From: a virus
Taxonomy: Duplodnaviria > Caudoviricetes
Length of the DNA stretch: 39,072 nt
IMG/VR virus record: IMGVR_UViG_3300048998_000060
Span: 1-39,072 of that record
Reading direction: 5' to 3' (one strand)
Positions 8,955-18,707 of the stretch are shown piece by piece. How positions within the stretch are numbered: the first letter of the stretch is position 1; the number at the start of each line of letters is the position of its first letter. Below the pieces are notes generated by a model. It searched no databases. It saw only the letters and a list, made by a program, of their open reading frames with translations, and had not been told where the DNA came from. The translations under genes were made by a program, and so were the position numbers.

Positions 8955-9695
8955 ATGAAAATTCGTCTGCTCGACCCTGGCTTTGCAAACTACACCGGTC
9001 AATTTGGCCACGTCGAATTCGTTGATGGCGTTGCTGAAGACGTTTCCGCTGCTGAAGCTGAACGCCTCGCTTCGATCATCGCTATCGAGAACGTCGACAC
9101 CGGCGAGAACCCTTCGGTCACTCAACGTCTGGTCGACACCCTGAACAAGAGCGCTGAAGACCTGGGCATCTCGACCGCCGAAGTGCTGGTCCCCGTGCAG
9201 CCTGATCCGCAGCCTGTTGTTCAAGACCCTGAAGTTCTGAGCGCACCGCAGACCACTATCTCCACCATCGACGGCGCCAACAGCGGTGCGAAGACTCTGA
9301 GCTACGACTTCACCTCTGACACTCTGGCTGCGCTCGCTGACGCACAAGGCATCGCCGGTCTGCGTGGCTTCGCTGAGCAATACGATGTCAACGGCCGCAG
9401 CATTCAGGGCATCATCGACGCTCTGCTGGTTCTGAAAGACACCTTCAACAAGCCTGCTCAAGACCCGACCGAACCTGAAGTCGTTGTCGACGGCGACCCG
9501 GTTGTTGAAGAGCCTGTCGTCGAAGAGCCTGCTGAAGACCCGACTCAAGAAGTTGATCCGGTCGACGCCCCAGAAAGCGAAGAGCCTCCTGTCCTGACCG
9601 AAGTGGTCGAGCCAGAACCAGAGACCCCAGCGCCTGAAGCTGAAGTCGTCGAAGAGCCTCAAGAGCCTGCTTCTGACGAAGCTCCGAAGGAGTAA
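8955..9695 (+). CDS. head-associated protein with acidic Pro/Glu-rich tail
   Basis: GAGGA RBS. Small N-terminal domain, a short helical (HeH/Rho-N-like) segment, and VVEEP repeats in the C-terminus. Confidence 0.7.
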   Translation: MKIRLLDPGFANYTGQFGHVEFVDGVAEDVSAAEAERLASIIAIENVDTGENPSVTQRLVDTLNKSAEDLGISTAEVLVPVQPDPQPVVQDPEVLSAPQTTISTIDGANSGAKTLSYDFTSDTLAALADAQGIAGLRGFAEQYDVNGRSIQGIIDALLVLKDTFNKPAQDPTEPEVVVDGDPVVEEPVVEEPAEDPTQEVDPVDAPESEEPPVLTEVVEPEPETPAPEAEVVEEPQEPASDEAPKE

Positions 9696-9700
9696 GGGAA

Positions 9701-10501
9701 ATGGCAGACGTTCTCAAGAGCGGTTCTGCCATCACTCTTCAGGTAACGCCAGGATCGGCAGGGTTTCCACAAACTGCCGATTCCGTCCATCTGAAGGTAG
9801 TGATTGGCGGCGTGACTACCTGGGAAGACCCTACCCCGATTCTGTGGGCAGACGCGATCCAAGGTGTCACATTCCCAGCAGCAGCTTCCACCATCACTGG
9901 TTGGAACGCCTATGCCAAATTCATCATTGCCTGGGACGGTGGGTTCGTCACCACCCCGGTGATCATCGAAGCAGATGACATTCTGCGGGTTCTGGAGAAC
10001 AGCTTCGGTACCTGGGAAGACATCGAGCTGAAGTCCCGGTATATGGTCAACATGATCATGTTCAACCTGGCCAGCGAAGATCAACAGAAGGCTGCGCTGA
10101 TTCAGGCGTATCACAACATCGGCGACGTACACGTAGACTTCTGTCCTCCACACCGTCGGGCTCGCTATCAGCCCCAGAACCGTATGTGGGACGAAGAGGG
10201 TGTATTCGAGAACTCCGGTCTTCACCGAGTCTTCTCGACTCGTATGCTCGATGAAGATCAATGGCTGCGCGTAAAGGATTGGCAGAAAGACGGGCTGCTC
10301 AAGGCTCAGATCATCGAGGCAAACTTCCTGCTTTCTGATCAGACGCCAGAGAAGCAACGTCTTGCAGGTCTGCTGTCTCACAGCGCCGGCGAATCTGCTC
10401 ACTTCTATCGCACAACCAAACCTCTGGAGCTGCCAGTATGTCGGGCAGCAGCACTGGCATTGAAAGGGATCATCAGCTATGTCACTCGTATCGCCGGATA
10501 A
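9701..10501 (+). CDS. putative head-tail connector/adaptor
   Basis: Position after MCP. KAALIQAY and KAQIIEANFLL...SAGES motifs resemble gp15/gp6-type adaptors. Confidence 0.6.
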   Translation: MADVLKSGSAITLQVTPGSAGFPQTADSVHLKVVIGGVTTWEDPTPILWADAIQGVTFPAAASTITGWNAYAKFIIAWDGGFVTTPVIIEADDILRVLENSFGTWEDIELKSRYMVNMIMFNLASEDQQKAALIQAYHNIGDVHVDFCPPHRRARYQPQNRMWDEEGVFENSGLHRVFSTRMLDEDQWLRVKDWQKDGLLKAQIIEANFLLSDQTPEKQRLAGLLSHSAGESAHFYRTTKPLELPVCRAAALALKGIISYVTRIAG

Positions 10502-11183
10502 TTCCGACATCACCAACCGAGTCGCCCGTGTAACAGCGGGCTACACCCAATTCCAGAACACTCTTCGCGGTTCTATCGCTGTGATTCTCACCGGTCTGGG
10601 CAATGGTACCTACACGATGGTCAGCATGAATCAGGCAGTCGAGACGATCGGTCAAGACTATCTGAACGCTGTTCGTTTGCAGACTCTCGAAGACCTTGGG
10701 AAGATCGCTGAGAACGCGCTGAAGACGTCCAAAGCAGATAGTGCTACCGATGTGAGTTCGAAAGCGCTTACGACTGCTGAGACGCTTCACAGGGGCTTTG
10801 CCGCCGATGTCGAAAGCTCTATTGAACTTGCAGTGTCGCGCGATCTTAAAACGTCCCTCGAATTCATCAGAACCCAGTTGATTGCAGGTCGTTTTGTAGC
10901 GACCACCGCACAGCTGACCCATGACGTGAAGTTCGAAGTCAGGGGCAAGATGACTCTGGCGTCCGAAGAGTACGTTCGCAGGCAAATCAACTTCAACTAC
11001 CGGTCCCTGTACAACTCCCTTTTGCAGTTCGTTCTGATCACCCGGAACATCGACGAAGCCGTTATTGACGGTGGTAGTCACGACGGTGAGAAGGTCGACT
11101 TGATGGAATTGAACCTGGATCAATCGAAAATCTTCCACCACAACTCGAAATCTCTTCTCCAACCCCTTGACGTAGGCATATAA
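10479..11183 (+). CDS. hypothetical head morphogenesis protein
   Basis: 234 aa in the neck cluster, ending in FHHNS..L as in minor-head (MuF-like) C-termini. Confidence 0.55.
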   Translation: MSLVSPDNSDITNRVARVTAGYTQFQNTLRGSIAVILTGLGNGTYTMVSMNQAVETIGQDYLNAVRLQTLEDLGKIAENALKTSKADSATDVSSKALTTAETLHRGFAADVESSIELAVSRDLKTSLEFIRTQLIAGRFVATTAQLTHDVKFEVRGKMTLASEEYVRRQINFNYRSLYNSLLQFVLITRNIDEAVIDGGSHDGEKVDLMELNLDQSKIFHHNSKSLLQPLDVGI

Positions 11184-11545
11184 TGTGCGCCATGAGCGCA
11201 TTCATTCCTACGACTGTCGGGTACATTCAGCAAGCCGGTGTCGACTTTACAGTCACCGGCAAGCGTTCCTACAGCGCACCAGTAAAGGTTGGACTGTCGA
11301 TCGTCAGGGTAACTGACGGGGTACAGGCTACTTCCGTGCGTGCAGATACATCGGGTTCGAAGTCGTTTGCCGACGAAAGTGTCGAGCAAGGTCGAGCCCT
11401 GTATCACCCTCGTGGTCCCAAGCCGAAGATCAATGACCTGCTGATCGTGAACAACGACCGGTATGAGGTTCAAGGTGTTCGTCCGGTCTACGACATGTAC
11501 GGCGGTGTCGACCACTATCAGCTGGAGCTGACCACATGGGTCTGA
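11183..11545 (+). CDS. head closure / head-tail joining protein
   Basis: About 120 aa, beta-rich, ...DRYEVQGVRPVYD...DHYQLEL. TAATG overlap. Confidence 0.65.
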   Translation: MCAMSAFIPTTVGYIQQAGVDFTVTGKRSYSAPVKVGLSIVRVTDGVQATSVRADTSGSKSFADESVEQGRALYHPRGPKPKINDLLIVNNDRYEVQGVRPVYDMYGGVDHYQLELTTWV

Positions 11546-11988
11546 AGATTCGGAACCTGGCAGATGTCAAAGCCAGAATTTCTCGTACCGAATCCAAAGT
11601 CATGGCGAACTCCCTGTCTGCGATGCGTGCGATGGCCAAGCTGGTCGTCGAACAAGCCAGAAAGAATGCCCCAATCGATACTGGTGATCTTGAGAAAGCC
11701 ATTGTCGCGGTAGAAGAGCGCAGCCGTAACGCTCTCGGTCAGTTTGGCCAGATCACGATCAAGGTCGGCGTAGACGTTGACCTGCTTGATCTTGGCAATC
11801 ACGGTGGGTATGACTACTCGATTGCGATGCACGAAGACCCGAACTACAAGCTGGGTCCACGCTCTCGCATCAAAGAGGCTCACCAGTCGAACACCGTAGG
11901 CTACAAGTATTTGCAGCGAGCCCTGGATGAAACCCAAGATGCGGTTCGTCGAGGCGTAGAAGACGCGGTTAAACGGAGCATCAACTGA
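11536..11988 (+). CDS. HK97 gp10-like tail completion/neck protein
   Basis: ARKNAPIDTGDLEKAI, YSIAMHE and KYLQRAL motifs. Confidence 0.8.
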   Translation: MGLKIRNLADVKARISRTESKVMANSLSAMRAMAKLVVEQARKNAPIDTGDLEKAIVAVEERSRNALGQFGQITIKVGVDVDLLDLGNHGGYDYSIAMHEDPNYKLGPRSRIKEAHQSNTVGYKYLQRALDETQDAVRRGVEDAVKRSIN

Positions 11989-12368
11989 TGAAACTGGAAG
12001 ACGCTCTGATCACACGAATTGCAGGGTCTGTCACAGGAGCAATCCCGGGACGAACTCTGTTTCACTCTCACATGCCGGCCGAACTCAACATCGGTATTTT
12101 GGTGATGACACGGGTACAGATTCTTGTTGACCCGTACACCGGTATGCGAAAAGGCACTTTCCAGGTAATCTGTCGCGATCTTGAAATTGTTCCTGCCCAT
12201 GACCGGGCAACGAGCTTGATCAAGGCGATCGTAACTGAAGGTGTGAAAGTGGGCGAGGTGACGTTTAACTTCATCAAGCCTCAACACGAACCACTGGTGT
12301 TTCCACGCACCGAAGGCGCTCAATTTGAGGCAGCCGTGAATTTCAACTTTGCAGCTCACTGGGAGTAA
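11988..12368 (+). CDS. tail terminator protein
   Basis: 126 aa before the tail tube gene, with FQVICR and FEAAVNF pattern. Confidence 0.7.
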   Translation: MKLEDALITRIAGSVTGAIPGRTLFHSHMPAELNIGILVMTRVQILVDPYTGMRKGTFQVICRDLEIVPAHDRATSLIKAIVTEGVKVGEVTFNFIKPQHEPLVFPRTEGAQFEAAVNFNFAAHWE

Positions 12369-12374
12369 TCCGAA

Positions 12375-12917
12375 ATGGCATCGAGTACCGAAAACATCCG
12401 CATGGGCACTTGCCGCGTTCTCTTCGACGGCATCGACCTGGGCTTTACTACTGGCGGCGTTGAAGTCGCGGTAGCAACTACCACTCACGAAACCAAGGTG
12501 GACCAGTTCGGCGATACCGTCGCCAACGAATACATCATGGGTCGTACCATCACGGTCACTTGCCCGTTGGTGGAAACCACTCTGGAAAACATGGCGACCA
12601 TCATCCCTGGTGCGACCCTGTTGACCGACAACACCAACCCTCAGAGTCCGAAGAAGAACGTTGTCGTTACTTCCGGTACCGGCCTGTCGCTGCTGGATCG
12701 AGCCAAGGCTCTGACCCTGCACCCGATTGCCAAGGCGGACACCGACAAGTCTGAAGACCTGGTTATCCCTCTGGCTGCGACCGCTGGCGCGATGAACTTC
12801 GCGTACAAGTACGATGCCGAGCGGGTCTTCAACTGCGAGTTCAAGGGCTACCCTGACTCGGACACTGGTATCCTGTTCACTTACGGCGACAAAACTGTTA
12901 CCGTCAGCAAGCCGTAA
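12375..12917 (+). CDS. major tail tube protein
   Basis: DLGFTTGGVEV...KVDQFG...ERVFNCEFKGYPD motif set. No sheath gene, consistent with a non-contractile tail. Confidence 0.85.
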   Translation: MASSTENIRMGTCRVLFDGIDLGFTTGGVEVAVATTTHETKVDQFGDTVANEYIMGRTITVTCPLVETTLENMATIIPGATLLTDNTNPQSPKKNVVVTSGTGLSLLDRAKALTLHPIAKADTDKSEDLVIPLAATAGAMNFAYKYDAERVFNCEFKGYPDSDTGILFTYGDKTVTVSKP

Positions 12918-12942
12918 TACCACGCAGTACTCAACCTTAATA

Positions 12943-12964
12943 AGCGCCCCTCCTTTGGGGCGCT
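12943..12964 (+). terminator. GC-rich hairpin after tail tube gene (attenuator or mRNA stabiliser)
   Basis: AGCGCCCC-TCCTTT-GGGGCGCT; lacks a + strand U tract. Confidence 0.45.
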
Positions 12965-12980
12965 GCATTGGAGCAAACTC

Positions 12981-13370
12981 ATGGACCTTCTGAATCTTGA
13001 CGAGCTGACCGAGCTGAACCGCTATGTTGCAATTCGCGGTGAGCAGTACCAGATCGTCGAACGTAGTGTTGGTGTTCTGCTGGACAGCATGAAGGTTGCG
13101 AAAGCAGCTCAGCAAGCCGGCAAGAACAAGACCACCAACGGCAAAAGCGAAGAAGTTTTCTTCGAGAACATGATCAAGACCATCGAAACGATCATCCCGG
13201 ATTGCCCGAGCGCCGTAGTACGTGGCCTCACCATGCAACAGATGTTCGCAGTGTTCGAGTTCGCCAACCGCGATCCGAACAAGATGGCTGAAGAAGCAGT
13301 GAACGCCCAGGCCGGCACTGTCGAATCTGATGGCGCGATCCACAGTGAAGTAGAAGCCCCAAAGAGCTGA
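12981..13370 (+). CDS. tail assembly chaperone (gpG-like)
   Basis: Between tube and tape measure genes. Ends in slippery C CCA AAG (13358-13364). Confidence 0.85.
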   Translation: MDLLNLDELTELNRYVAIRGEQYQIVERSVGVLLDSMKVAKAAQQAGKNKTTNGKSEEVFFENMIKTIETIIPDCPSAVVRGLTMQQMFAVFEFANRDPNKMAEEAVNAQAGTVESDGAIHSEVEAPKS

Positions 13371-13696
13371 CCGTCGAAGCGATTGACTTCTCGTTCCTCT
13401 TCTCTCGCTTCTGCTGGTTTTACGGATGGACGGATACTCATGTGCTGGCAATGCCAGCACGTAGGTTCTGGATGATGGATAGGCAGATCGGCCGGATTCA
13501 AGCGGAGCAAGAGATTCGCAGAATCCAGGGTACGATGCTCACCAACCCTCCACAGAGCAACGAGCAGCTCCAACGGATCACTGACTACATGGGTCGGTTA
13601 ACGTTGGAAATCGGCGAGAAGGTAACGATTCGGCGGAATGCAATTGTTGCACCTGAACCCGGAGCCTCCGCCAAATTCGCTAAACTATTAGGATAG
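13364..13696 (+). CDS. tail assembly chaperone -1 frameshift extension (gpGT-like, about 238 aa fusion)
   Basis: The -1 frame is open from the slip site: ELTVEAIDFSFLFSRFCWFYGWTDTHVLAMPARRFW..., continuous with ORF 13442-13696. Confidence 0.8.
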   Translation, partial: ELTVEAIDFSFLFSRFCWFYGWTDTHVLAMPARRFWMMDRQIGRIQAEQEIRRIQGTMLTNPPQSNEQLQRITDYMGRLTLEIGEKVTIRRNAIVAPEPGASAKFAKLLG

Positions 13697-13708
13697 GCGG
13701 GGTTCAAA

Positions 13709-16700
13709 ATGTCTCTTGGTACACTGGTACTCGATCTGCAACTGAACGGTGGCCAGTTCACCGTTTCGTTGAATCAAGCAACTGGGGCTCTTTCTCAGTT
13801 CGTCATGGGTGCCAATCGCGCCAACGACTCCATTCGAAAAGCAGAGGGTGGCTTCGGTCAGTTCGGCAAAATGCTGAAGGACACCGTAGTCACTCTCGCG
13901 CTTGCTCGTGACGCATTTCGAACCGTCTCTGAAGCCACAATTGGTTGGCAGAAGACGATCATCGACGTCAACGCCGACATGCAGAAATCCATCCAGCTCA
14001 TGAAGTCGTTCTCCAAAGAGACTGACCCAGTGAAGGCTGCGGCCGCTGCAATGGTCGACGTGAACAACCTGCTGAACAAAGCCTCTACTTCCCCGTTCTC
14101 TCTGAAGGCGATCACTGACTCGTTCGTGAAGCTTCGAGTGTCCGGTATTCAACCAATCGAACAGGGCTTCAATGCTCTGATCGACGCCGTTGCACAGTTC
14201 GGTGGTAACGACGAAGCCCTGAAGCGAGCCTCTGTTGCGATTCAACAGATGGCCGGTAAAGGTGTTGTCTCGATGGAAGAGCTGCGTCAGCAACTCGGTG
14301 AGGCCGTTCCTACCGCGATCCAACAGATGGCTGATGGCCTGGGCGTGACCTACTCTCACCTGGTGAAAGAGATTTCTCAGGGCAAGGTGAAGTCTGAGCC
14401 GGCGATCGTCGCGATGTTCCGTGAGATGGAGCTCGAATCGAAAGGCGCTGCCGCTTCGATGATGAACACCTGGAGCGGTGCAACTGCGCAACTGGAAACC
14501 TCTTTCAAGAAACTGCTGCTGACCATTGGCGGGTTCAACGAAGGCTACGGTGAAGACACCTACATGGGTGGGATGACCAAAGCCGTCAAAGAGCTGACCT
14601 CTATCCTGAGTGACCCATCGACTCAAGCTGCTGCTAAAGAGTTCGGCGCTGGGCTGACTCAAGTGATGGCTGCTGCAATCGAAGGCATCAAATGGATCAT
14701 CGAATACCGGGGCGCAATCGTTGAGCTGGGCAAAGCGTTCCTGACTATCTACGCCGCAACCAAAGCTGTAACGATCATTCGTTCGCTGGGCGCTGCGTTC
14801 ATGTCGCTGATCCCTCAAGCTATCGGTGCTGGGAGCGCTGTCAGCAAGTCCTGGACCCAAATGACTACTGGTATCGGTCAGTTCGGTGCGGGCGTCTCAG
14901 GGATGCGTACAGGGGCTACCGCAGCTACCGGCGCAGCTACTGCTCTGCGTGGTGTTCTCGGTACCATCGGTGGTGTTGCAGGTCTCGCTACTGGTCCGAT
15001 CGGCATGCTGACCGTTGCTGTCGCTGCCGGTGCTTACTCGTGGTGGGAATACGAGAAGGCTGCAAAGGCTGGTATCAAGGCGATGATCGACTCCAAAGGT
15101 GTTGGTGCCGGTATCGCTGAGCTGGAGAAGATGAACGCCGCGGTTGAAAAGAACCAGAAGACTATCGATAGTCTTGAGAGCGATAACTCTTTGGCCAATG
15201 GTGAAGGCAAGGGCATCATGGGTTGGCTCGCCAAAACTCTGGACACTGGTCAGTACATCGACACTGCTGGCAATCAGAAGACAATCGATGCCCTGAAGAA
15301 GCAGAACTCTCAGCTCGGTGACTCGATCATCCAGGCTCAGGCGAACCTTGTCAGCAGCACAGCGAGCGCTGAATTTGGTGCCGCCAAGGAAGCTATCAGC
15401 GATGGCATGGTCACTGTCGACAAAGAATACCGCGAGTCGAAGAAAGCCTGGCAACAGACTCTGGTAGATGGCGACAAGTCCGGTAAGTCGAAAGACGAAT
15501 CGTTCGTTGCTGCTGCCGCGAAGACCAAGTTCGATCTCGAAGCCAAACGTATGCAGGCTGAGTACGACCTGTATTCGCAACAGATCGACAAGGTGAACAA
15601 GCAGATCGAATCCAAGTCCGAGACGACCAAAGATGGCGCGACCATCGGGTTGACTACGGATCAGCTTGCTGCCAAGAAGAAAGCTCTGAACGAACTGATG
15701 GATGCTCAGGGTCTCCTGGGTGATCAACAGGTCGCTCTGATTCAATCCGCCAAGACTTTCGCTGACACCAAACTGGACGGCGCCGGCAACAACAAGAAAG
15801 CCGCTTTCGATGGGCTGACTATCTTCGTCGATGGGCTGCGTAAGAAGCTCGCCACGCTCGATGCGAAGGTTGAAGAGACCAACCCCTACCTCGCTCAGTT
15901 GGAAGCCACTGTCGAGTCTCTGGGCGGTACTCACTTGCCGAACTTCGACAAGGTTCTTGCAGACGGTAAAGCTCTTGCTGCTGCTGCTTGGGATCAAGAG
16001 AAGGCCAAGAACGCTTTGACCTCGGCGAACAACGTCTACAAGGATTCGATGGAGCGTATCCGTCAGATCGAGACCACCGCCAACAACAAGCTGAACAAGG
16101 CTGAAGAGAAGAACCCATGGGAAAGCGCAGCAGCCGATGCCAAGCGTTATGAGGATGAACTCGACCAGCTGATCATCACTATGGAAGAGGCCAAGAAGAA
16201 AGCGGCCGACGCTCAGGTTGGTGACGGCGGTTCTGGTCAGCTTCAGAAGCTGCAAGAGGATGCTGTGAAGGCAGCCGCTGCGGTTGAGACCACCCGGAAC
16301 GCTCTTGAGAAGCTGAAGGTTTCTGACACCGCCAAGAAGATGCAGGAAGACGCCAACTCGATTGGCGATGCTCTGATGACGAGCACTGACAAAACCAAGG
16401 CGATGTACGACCGTCAGACTGCCTGGGCAGATGAGTTCTACGCCAAGCACAAGGACCAACTCAACAGCGATAGCGTTGCTCTGGCCAGCTACAACGATTA
16501 CCGCAACAACCTGACTGCGCAGTTCAATCGTGATACTGAGTCCGGTCTTCAGACATGGATCCGTGCCAACAAAGACGCCACCGACCAGTACAAGTCGTTG
16601 TGGGGCTCTGCGATGGACAAGTTCACAGACACCATCGTTGATGGTCTCGCTGAGGGCAAGTTCGAGTTCAGCGACTTTGTGACCTGGATTCTGAAAGAGT

Positions 16701-17272
16701 TCCTGCGCATTCAGGTCGCCAAGCAATTGGCAGCTGCTGCTGAGGCTACTTCTGGTTCGAGTGGTCTGTTGGGCACGATCGTATCTGGCGTGTCGAGCTA
16801 CTTCACCGGGAGCGCTACTTCTGGTAACGGTCTCGCTGCTGGTTCTGCTGGCGCTGTTTCTAGCAACCTGGGTGCATCTCAAGCCGGTTACAGCAGCGCA
16901 TACAAGTTCGCCAACGGCGGTATCATGACCGAGTATGGTCAGCTGGAGCTGAACAAGTACGCCAACGGTGGTATCGCAGACCGTCCGCAAGCAGCAATCT
17001 TCGGTGAAGGTTCGATGGCTGAAGCCTACGTACCACTGCCAGACGGTCGCAGCATCCCGGTCACTGTCAGCGGTACTGGCAGTTCGAGCACTGGAGCTTC
17101 TACCGGTTCGGTTCCTGTTACAGTCAACATCTACAACCAGTCCGGTGAGCAACAGCAAGCCGACAGCACGAGCAAGTTTGACGGTGAACAAATGGTTGTG
17201 GACATCATCCTCAAGAAAGTATCGCAACCGGGCGCTGTCCGTGATGCGGTCAAAACCGCTGCTAAGGGGTAA
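13709..17272 (+). CDS. tape measure protein
   Basis: 1187 aa, Ala/Gly-rich and helical. N-terminal tape-measure domain (QQMAGKGVVSMEELRQQLGEAVP), C-terminal FANGG...GEG..AEAYVPLPDGRSIPV. Confidence 0.95.
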   Translation: MSLGTLVLDLQLNGGQFTVSLNQATGALSQFVMGANRANDSIRKAEGGFGQFGKMLKDTVVTLALARDAFRTVSEATIGWQKTIIDVNADMQKSIQLMKSFSKETDPVKAAAAAMVDVNNLLNKASTSPFSLKAITDSFVKLRVSGIQPIEQGFNALIDAVAQFGGNDEALKRASVAIQQMAGKGVVSMEELRQQLGEAVPTAIQQMADGLGVTYSHLVKEISQGKVKSEPAIVAMFREMELESKGAAASMMNTWSGATAQLETSFKKLLLTIGGFNEGYGEDTYMGGMTKAVKELTSILSDPSTQAAAKEFGAGLTQVMAAAIEGIKWIIEYRGAIVELGKAFLTIYAATKAVTIIRSLGAAFMSLIPQAIGAGSAVSKSWTQMTTGIGQFGAGVSGMRTGATAATGAATALRGVLGTIGGVAGLATGPIGMLTVAVAAGAYSWWEYEKAAKAGIKAMIDSKGVGAGIAELEKMNAAVEKNQKTIDSLESDNSLANGEGKGIMGWLAKTLDTGQYIDTAGNQKTIDALKKQNSQLGDSIIQAQANLVSSTASAEFGAAKEAISDGMVTVDKEYRESKKAWQQTLVDGDKSGKSKDESFVAAAAKTKFDLEAKRMQAEYDLYSQQIDKVNKQIESKSETTKDGATIGLTTDQLAAKKKALNELMDAQGLLGDQQVALIQSAKTFADTKLDGAGNNKKAAFDGLTIFVDGLRKKLATLDAKVEETNPYLAQLEATVESLGGTHLPNFDKVLADGKALAAAAWDQEKAKNALTSANNVYKDSMERIRQIETTANNKLNKAEEKNPWESAAADAKRYEDELDQLIITMEEAKKKAADAQVGDGGSGQLQKLQEDAVKAAAAVETTRNALEKLKVSDTAKKMQEDANSIGDALMTSTDKTKAMYDRQTAWADEFYAKHKDQLNSDSVALASYNDYRNNLTAQFNRDTESGLQTWIRANKDATDQYKSLWGSAMDKFTDTIVDGLAEGKFEFSDFVTWILKEFLRIQVAKQLAAAAEATSGSSGLLGTIVSGVSSYFTGSATSGNGLAAGSAGAVSSNLGASQAGYSSAYKFANGGIMTEYGQLELNKYANGGIADRPQAAIFGEGSMAEAYVPLPDGRSIPVTVSGTGSSSTGASTGSVPVTVNIYNQSGEQQQADSTSKFDGEQMVVDIILKKVSQPGAVRDAVKTAAKG

Positions 17273-17277
17273 GAGAC

Positions 17278-17643
17278 ATGGCTGACGCACTGATGCCGGC
17301 AAGTCTTCAGAAAGGCCAGGACAGCAAGTACTTCTCGGTCGAGCAGGAAGACAACGCGGTAAAGGGTGAAACGGACGGCGGGTATATCAATGCCCGCCCA
17401 CGTAACACTCGGCGCCCACGTCGAACTTTCACCACTGGATGGACCGACATCTCGCATGCGGTCTATCTGGAGGCGATCGCCTTCTACGATCTGGTTGGGA
17501 CATGGAAGATTTTCACCTGGACTGACCCGACGACTGCAACGGTCTATCGGGTTCGCTTCGACAAGCCACCAAAGTGGAGCTATGCCGGTATGGGTATCGC
17601 CAAGATTTGGAGCTGCACGGGCGTTTCGTTGAAGGAAGTTTGA
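17278..17643 (+). CDS. distal tail protein (Dit / gpM-like)
   Basis: 121 aa after TMP, with RPRRTFT, FTWTDP and VRF motifs. Confidence 0.75.
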   Translation: MADALMPASLQKGQDSKYFSVEQEDNAVKGETDGGYINARPRNTRRPRRTFTTGWTDISHAVYLEAIAFYDLVGTWKIFTWTDPTTATVYRVRFDKPPKWSYAGMGIAKIWSCTGVSLKEV

Positions 17644-17658
17644 CAATCACGCTATACT
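17629..17658 (+). promoter_or_regulatory. possible internal promoter
   Basis: TTGAAG-18 nt-TATACT. Confidence 0.35.
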
Positions 17659-17691
17659 GGCGATCCATGAATTCAGACGGATCGCCAGATC

Positions 17692-18324
17692 GTGAAAAAC
17701 CTCTCTCTGTCGACCATTGCCGATACGAACGCATTCCAGTCTGAGAAGGTCTGGTTGATCGCGCTCCAGATTCATGTGATCAACCACCAGACTGGCATCG
17801 AAGTCGAGCAAATTCGGGTCATCAACAACAACGAAATCGTGACCATTGAAGGCAATCCGTATGAGCCTTGCTCGTTCGATATCGACCTTCAAGAGAAGAC
17901 CAACGAACTTCCCTCGATCACTGTGACTCTCCAGGATCAGGCTGAAATCATTGGGCCATACATGCACCGGTATGCCGGCGGTGTTGGTTTCGAAGTTGAC
18001 CTGATGATCGTGGGCGCTGACTACGGCAACCCAACTGCAAGCGTCGAGCCTGAACTCGCTGAATACTTCGTCGTCACCAAGTCGAGCTACAAAGACTGGG
18101 TAGCGACCTGGACTCTGGGTGCAGAAAACCCTCTGCGTCGGATGTTCCCATTGCGTAAACAAGAACCAGATCAGTGCAGTTTCCGGTATAAAGACTCCAA
18201 TACTTGCGGGTACACCGGTGGCCTGGCTACTTGCGACCTGTCTTTTGACGGTGCAAATGGTTGCAGAGCCCACAATAACACTCCGAATTTCGGTGGCTAC
18301 CCGGGCATCATTGTGAGGTCTTAA
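17692..18324 (+). CDS. minor tail tip protein (gpL / DUF1833-like) with four-Cys Fe-S motif
   Basis: C-terminal CSFRYKDSNTCGYTGGLATCDLSFDGANGCRAHNN..NFGGYPG. Confidence 0.8.
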   Translation: MKNLSLSTIADTNAFQSEKVWLIALQIHVINHQTGIEVEQIRVINNNEIVTIEGNPYEPCSFDIDLQEKTNELPSITVTLQDQAEIIGPYMHRYAGGVGFEVDLMIVGADYGNPTASVEPELAEYFVVTKSSYKDWVATWTLGAENPLRRMFPLRKQEPDQCSFRYKDSNTCGYTGGLATCDLSFDGANGCRAHNNTPNFGGYPGIIVRS

Positions 18325-18326
18325 TC

Positions 18327-18707
18327 GTGGCTGAATATAAAGATTTGATCGGCATCCCCTTTGAGTACGGTGGTCGCAGCCTCGCTGACAATAAGCTCGA
18401 CTGCTACGGGCTAGTAAAGGTGATGTCTGAGCGCAATGGGATCATGCTTCCCGAACGTTCTGTGAGCGAAGATCACAACTTGATTCACGCTCTGATGGCT
18501 TCACAGATGAATGTCTGGAAGCTACTGCCCGGCCCAAAGGAAGGTGCAGTCGTTCTGTTCAGGGTCAAGAAGCGCCCGTGTCACGTTGCCTACATGCTCA
18601 ACGAGTTCGAATTTATCCATACCTGGGAAGACTCTGGTGGCGTCGTCATTGAACGCCTCAGCAACTGGGATCGCAGAATTGAGGGGTTCTATGAATATGT
18701 CGGTTGA
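18327..18707 (+). CDS. NlpC/P60 (C40) tail tip assembly protein (gpK-like)
   Basis: GIPFEYGGR...DCYGLV...HVAY...FIH catalytic motifs. Confidence 0.88.
   Translation: MAEYKDLIGIPFEYGGRSLADNKLDCYGLVKVMSERNGIMLPERSVSEDHNLIHALMASQMNVWKLLPGPKEGAVVLFRVKKRPCHVAYMLNEFEFIHTWEDSGGVVIERLSNWDRRIEGFYEYVG

Noticed and set aside
16900-16980. Duplicated ACAAGT(T/A)CGCCAACGG(C/T)GGTATC in TMP
   Set aside because: Common paired FANGG/YANGG motif of tape-measure C-termini.
14897-17302. Long minus-strand ORFs (801 aa here; also 19273-20889, 28295-30277, 30250-32394, 32562-36776, 37009-38235)
   Set aside because: Antisense shadows of strongly codon-biased + strand genes, with no recognisable motifs or RBS.
18511-18696. 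N-terminal extension of the gpJ ORF in the ORF track
   Set aside because: Overlaps the NlpC/P60 gene. The RBS supports ATG 18697 (or 18691).
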